Translations under genes and position numbers: made by a program
In this document: one piece after another, positions 17,279 through 20,000 of the stretch
How positions within the stretch are numbered: the stretch's first letter is position 1
Layout of the letters: every line of letters starts with the position of its first letter
Virus record (IMG/VR): IMGVR_UViG_3300023174_000161
DNA: 20,000 bases
Origin: an uncultured virus (IMG/VR IMGVR_UViG_3300023174_000161)
Taxonomy: Duplodnaviria > Heunggongvirae > Uroviricota > Caudoviricetes
Reading direction: 5' to 3' (one strand)
Notes under the pieces: model-generated
Seen by the model: the letters and a program-made list of their open reading frames with translations, nothing else
Database searches by the model: none
What the model was told of the DNA's origin: nothing

Positions 17279-17313
17279 TAGCCCTTTGGGGATAAGGTAG
17301 CCCAAAAGGGCTA
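17279..17313 (-). terminator. Hairpin directly 3' of tRNA-Tyr (terminator or processing signal)
   Basis: TAGCCCTTTGGG...CCCAAAAGGGCTA inverted repeat; only a weak U-tract follows. Confidence 0.4.
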
Positions 17314-17396
17314 TGGGAGGAGCTGGATTCGAACCAGCGAAGGCTAAAGCCAGCAGATTTACAGTCTGCCCCGTTTGCCCACTTCGGTATCCTCCC
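17314..17396 (-). tRNA. tRNA-Tyr (GTA), CCA not encoded
   Basis: Acceptor GGGAGGA/TCCTCCC plus A73, D-arm CCG/CGG, anticodon arm GCAGA-CTGTAAA-TCTGC, long variable arm, T-arm GCTGG-TTCGAAT-CCAGC. Confidence 0.95.
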
Positions 17397-17490
17397 AACC
17401 TAATTAGTGACTGGCCTGACGCACTTCTCTCTTCAGCCAATCCAAAGGGCAAGGAAAGTGCTAAAACGCCCACCTAATAAGGTAACCGCG

Positions 17491-17518
17491 ACTATGATAT
17501 GCCAAGATGTAAAGTCAA
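17491..17518 (-). promoter_or_regulatory. Promoter for tRNA-Tyr
   Basis: TTGACT (17518-17513), 16-nt spacer, CATAGT (17496-17491). Confidence 0.5.
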
Positions 17519-17522
17519 ATAT

Positions 17523-18107
17523 TTATTGCTTAAGCCGACGTATAAACTCGTCTTGCGTAATTAACCCCCGTTCGAACTGATAAATAGGGTCGTTAGGATC
17601 CGACGGACCAGCGGATGGAGGATTGAGGAACTCATAGGCCGGGGCTTCGGCCAACCCACTAAGCACAGCCTTGCCTAGCCCTTTAACGATACCAGAAGTT
17701 TTAGGTTTAGTCTTTACTGGTACAGTTTCTATTTGACTGTACTTAATTTTAGTTGTCGTACTAGGTTTCTCTAAATCCAATATACGAGATGGATTTGTTC
17801 TTGTAGTTGTTTCTGCTTTTACCATCTTGGTAGGATCTTCGGCATGTACTAAATCTCGGTATTCCTGATCTTTGGAATACACATCAAGCGTCATTTTCCT
17901 TCTTGCTATTGTTTCTTTTAATTTGTCAGCCTCGGCCTGTAGGAGATCTTTATCAGCAAATTCGTCATACTGCCCCTCAAGAATCCCACGAAGCATTTTC
18001 TTTTCTTTTTTAATCGCGTCCATTTGGTCTTCCAGGATACTTGGATCAAAATTGTAAACCTTCCCGGCTGACCCAGCGCTAGAAGTGCTTGTTTTACCTA
18101 GGGGCAT
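17523..18107 (-). CDS. Hypothetical protein (orphan with own promoter)
   Basis: 194-aa ORF; ATG lies 6 nt downstream of a TACACT -10 box. Confidence 0.7.
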   Translation of the reverse strand: MPLGKTSTSSAGSAGKVYNFDPSILEDQMDAIKKEKKMLRGILEGQYDEFADKDLLQAEADKLKETIARRKMTLDVYSKDQEYRDLVHAEDPTKMVKAETTTRTNPSRILDLEKPSTTTKIKYSQIETVPVKTKPKTSGIVKGLGKAVLSGLAEAPAYEFLNPPSAGPSDPNDPIYQFERGLITQDEFIRRLKQ

Positions 18108-18113
18108 TATCCA

Positions 18114-18156
18114 AGTGTATTTTCCACTTTACAAAAGTCAATCCAGTTGAGACACT
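18114..18156. promoter_or_regulatory. Divergent promoter pair, both leaderless
   Basis: Minus: TTGACT (18141-18136)-N16-TACACT-N6-ATG 18107. Plus: TTTACA (18128-18133)-N17-GACACT-N7-ATG 18164. Confidence 0.7.
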
Positions 18157-18163
18157 ACGCAGC

Positions 18164-18346
18164 ATGAAAACACTTGGCTTTAACTTTAGTTTGTTTGGCA
18201 TTATCTTCAACCTTCGAATCAGCGCTTATCGATCCGCACACCATGCCCCCGTATTCCATTATGGTTCGACCTCTAACTTTGGCAAATGGAAGGTTTCGCC
18301 CACCGGGATTAGCAACGAGTACAAGCCTAAACGGAGACGCAAATGA
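18164..18346 (+). CDS. Small hypothetical protein (60 aa)
   Basis: MKTLGFNFSLFGIIFNLRISAY...; starts at the predicted TSS, ATGA-coupled to the glycosyltransferase. Confidence 0.55.
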   Translation: MKTLGFNFSLFGIIFNLRISAYRSAHHAPVFHYGSTSNFGKWKVSPTGISNEYKPKRRRK

Positions 18347-19068
18347 GAGAAACAAAAGGTATCGTAGTTGCAACGCCAGCTTACGGTGGAATGCTTTCGG
18401 TCAACTACGCCAACTCTCTACTTCGATCGAGCGCTCTATTTCAAAGCCACGGCTTGAAACTCAACGTTCTATTCCTATCAAACCATTCCTTGATTACCAT
18501 GGCCCGCAATAAGATTGTGGCCGAGATTTTCAAAAACGATAAGAACGACTGGGACAGCATTGTTTGGATCGATGCGGATATTTCGTGGGAGCCAGAAGAC
18601 CTGCTCAAGCTTAGTTTGCATGACGAGGATGTAGTCGCGGGAACCTATCGGAAGAAATTGCCTGGCGCCTGTCACTTCACAGTGAAGATGATCCACGGTA
18701 AAGAAACTCCAGATGACAGAGGATTGATTGAGGTAGAGGCTGTTGGTACCGGATTCCTTCGCGTGTCTAAGAAAGCACTGCAAGATGTCATGGACCATGA
18801 GCCCGTTGTCTACAACGAACAGGCAACTCAACCCGAGCTGGCGGAAACCAACCATCTTGAAATTAAGAATGTCTTTGAGACCGGCGTAAAGGACAAGCAG
18901 ATGCTGTCCGAGGATTTCTTCTTTTGCTCCAAGTTGCGCGACCGGGGATACAATATCATGCTCGATACCAAGATTGATCTTGGCCACGACGGTACATTTA
19001 CTTACCGCGGGAGTATGTCACACTATCTAAACCATTTAAAAGAAGAGATCGCCAAAGATAAGAAATGA
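18343..19068 (+). CDS. Glycosyltransferase, GT-A fold (GT2-like phage type)
   Basis: IVVATPAYGG, ARN, DxD motif WIDADI, VGTGF, SEDFFFC, LGH.G. Confidence 0.85.
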   Translation: MRETKGIVVATPAYGGMLSVNYANSLLRSSALFQSHGLKLNVLFLSNHSLITMARNKIVAEIFKNDKNDWDSIVWIDADISWEPEDLLKLSLHDEDVVAGTYRKKLPGACHFTVKMIHGKETPDDRGLIEVEAVGTGFLRVSKKALQDVMDHEPVVYNEQATQPELAETNHLEIKNVFETGVKDKQMLSEDFFFCSKLRDRGYNIMLDTKIDLGHDGTFTYRGSMSHYLNHLKEEIAKDKK

Positions 19069-19154
19069 TCTACGGATTTCTGGCCGGTGTGTTTGCTTAT
19101 TGGATCTACGATAAATCCCGAAAGAGGTGCGGCTGGTGCAATCGACCTCAGTAA
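19065..19154 (+). CDS. 29-aa membrane peptide with CxxC
   Basis: Manual ORF MIYGFLAGVFAYWIYDKSRKRCGWCNRPQ; ATGA-coupled to the glycosyltransferase, overlaps the deaminase start. Confidence 0.4.
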   Translation: MIYGFLAGVFAYWIYDKSRKRCGWCNRPQ

Positions 19155-19561
19155 AGACAAAGTGGCTTGACCTGGCCTTGCGCTTGGCTGACGCCGCGGC
19201 CAAGACGAGCCAGGATCAGTTCGTCAAAGTAGGTGCCGCAGTCCTTCGAAGCGACGGATCGGTATGCGGTGTTGGTTATAACGGATATCCTCCGGGCTTT
19301 GATTTGACCAAACAGGAATCCTGGGACCGCGACTACCGGCGGGATTTTATGGTTCATGCCGAGATCAATGCTTTGGCCTATTGCAAACCCGGTGAGCCCT
19401 ACATTCTTGCCGTCACTTACCCACCCTGTAAAGCCTGTGTCCTAGAAGCCGCCAGGTACGGAGTGAAGAATTTGATTTACCGCGAGAACGAAGCTAAGTC
19501 AATTTTCCCTGCGGACTATTTGGCCGCTCGATTGGGCCTTACCCTTATTATCGAAAAGTAA
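19127..19561 (+). CDS. dCMP deaminase family (zinc-dependent)
   Basis: S.D...KVGA, GYNG.P, HAEINAL and PCKAC zinc motifs. Confidence 0.9.
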   Translation: MRLVQSTSVKTKWLDLALRLADAAAKTSQDQFVKVGAAVLRSDGSVCGVGYNGYPPGFDLTKQESWDRDYRRDFMVHAEINALAYCKPGEPYILAVTYPPCKACVLEAARYGVKNLIYRENEAKSIFPADYLAARLGLTLIIEK

Positions 19562-19882
19562 TCAGGCCGACCACCAACCGGTGTTGGCTGAGAACTCAGA
19601 AGATTTGTTCATGATAGAACTTCCCTGACCAGGGATAGGGGCCGGCCCAGGCTTTTCTCCCTGTGTTGTTGCTGGAGTTTCAACTTGTTGCGCTACTTCA
19701 GCCATTTTTTGTTTTTGAGTAGCGAGCTTGTCGTACTCGGCTCGGATCACCTCATCAATGGTCGGAATTCCTGTTAGAAGTTCTTCAAGTCGCGGGAGGT
19801 TATTTGCCGCCCCCGTATTTCTTTGTACCGCGCTTTGCTGAGCATAATCGTCAGCTTGATGAATTCCAGAGAGCATCTCCAT
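19562..19882 (-). CDS. Hypothetical protein (orphan with own promoter)
   Basis: ATG 19882 lies 6 nt after a TACACT -10 box; Q/A/T-rich; stop abuts the deaminase stop. Confidence 0.65.
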   Translation of the reverse strand: MEMLSGIHQADDYAQQSAVQRNTGAANNLPRLEELLTGIPTIDEVIRAEYDKLATQKQKMAEVAQQVETPATTQGEKPGPAPIPGQGSSIMNKSSEFSANTGWWSA

Positions 19883-19888
19883 CAACCA

Positions 19889-19916
19889 AGTGTATTTTGT
19901 CCAGCTTTTAAGTCAA
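19889..19916 (-). promoter_or_regulatory. Leaderless promoter, near-copy of 18114-18141
   Basis: TTGACTT-AAAAGCTGGAC-AAAATACACTTGG-TTG-ATG versus TTGACTT-TTGTAAAGTGG-AAAATACACTTGG-ATA-ATG. Confidence 0.75.
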
Positions 19917-19962
19917 CCCACAAAAATAAATTTAATTTTTAAAATACATATACCCTATTCAT

Positions 19963-19997
19963 GGCGGGCGGGAAGGGGGGGGGGGGGGGGAGGGGGT
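19963..19997 (+). repeat. G-rich tract with G16 homopolymer
   Basis: GGCGGGCGGGAA-G16-AGGGGG following an AT-rich stretch (19921-19952). Confidence 0.6.
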
Positions 19998-20000
19998 GCG

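Noticed and set aside
17230..17313. Theta (HDV-like) ribozyme 3' of the tRNA
   Set aside because: The trailer forms simple hairpins; I could not build the nested double pseudoknot or find the catalytic C strand.
17069..17473. 134-aa minus ORF (and 16903-17130)
   Set aside because: Runs through the tRNA and G/C repeats; spurious.
1..20000. Stop-codon reassignment, introns or inteins
   Set aside because: Long genes are intact in the standard code, the tRNA is not a suppressor, and terL, polA and the helicases have normal lengths without intein motifs.

Overview
This window is a 20-kb fragment of a tailed dsDNA bacteriophage genome (Caudoviricetes); no host chromosomal genes are evident. Left arm (minus strand): head/packaging genes (terminase large subunit, portal, small conserved protein, probable scaffold running off the edge). 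A palindromic divergent promoter separates these from a plus-strand replication/recombination operon: Holliday-junction resolvase-like nuclease, SF2 helicase, a Cas4/DUF2800-like exonuclease split into two ORFs, putative SSB, dATP/dGTP diphosphohydrolase-like protein, small ORFs, family A DNA polymerase and primase-SF3 helicase. Next come exported envelope-acting genes (3D-domain protein, HtrA-like protease), a G/C-run inverted-repeat element with an AT-rich core (origin-like, G-quadruplex capable), tRNA-Tyr(GTA), a glycosyltransferase plus dCMP-deaminase operon and two minus-strand orphans. Most notable: the split Fe-S nuclease, a family of TTGAC-N16/17-(T/C/G)ANNNT promoters, several placed for leaderless translation and two with back-to-back -35 boxes, a three-way-junction RNA candidate after the SSB gene, the origin/G4 element, and a PolA with Leu762 plus Tyr replacing the conserved motif-B Arg. 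All family assignments come from motif recognition by eye, not database searches.
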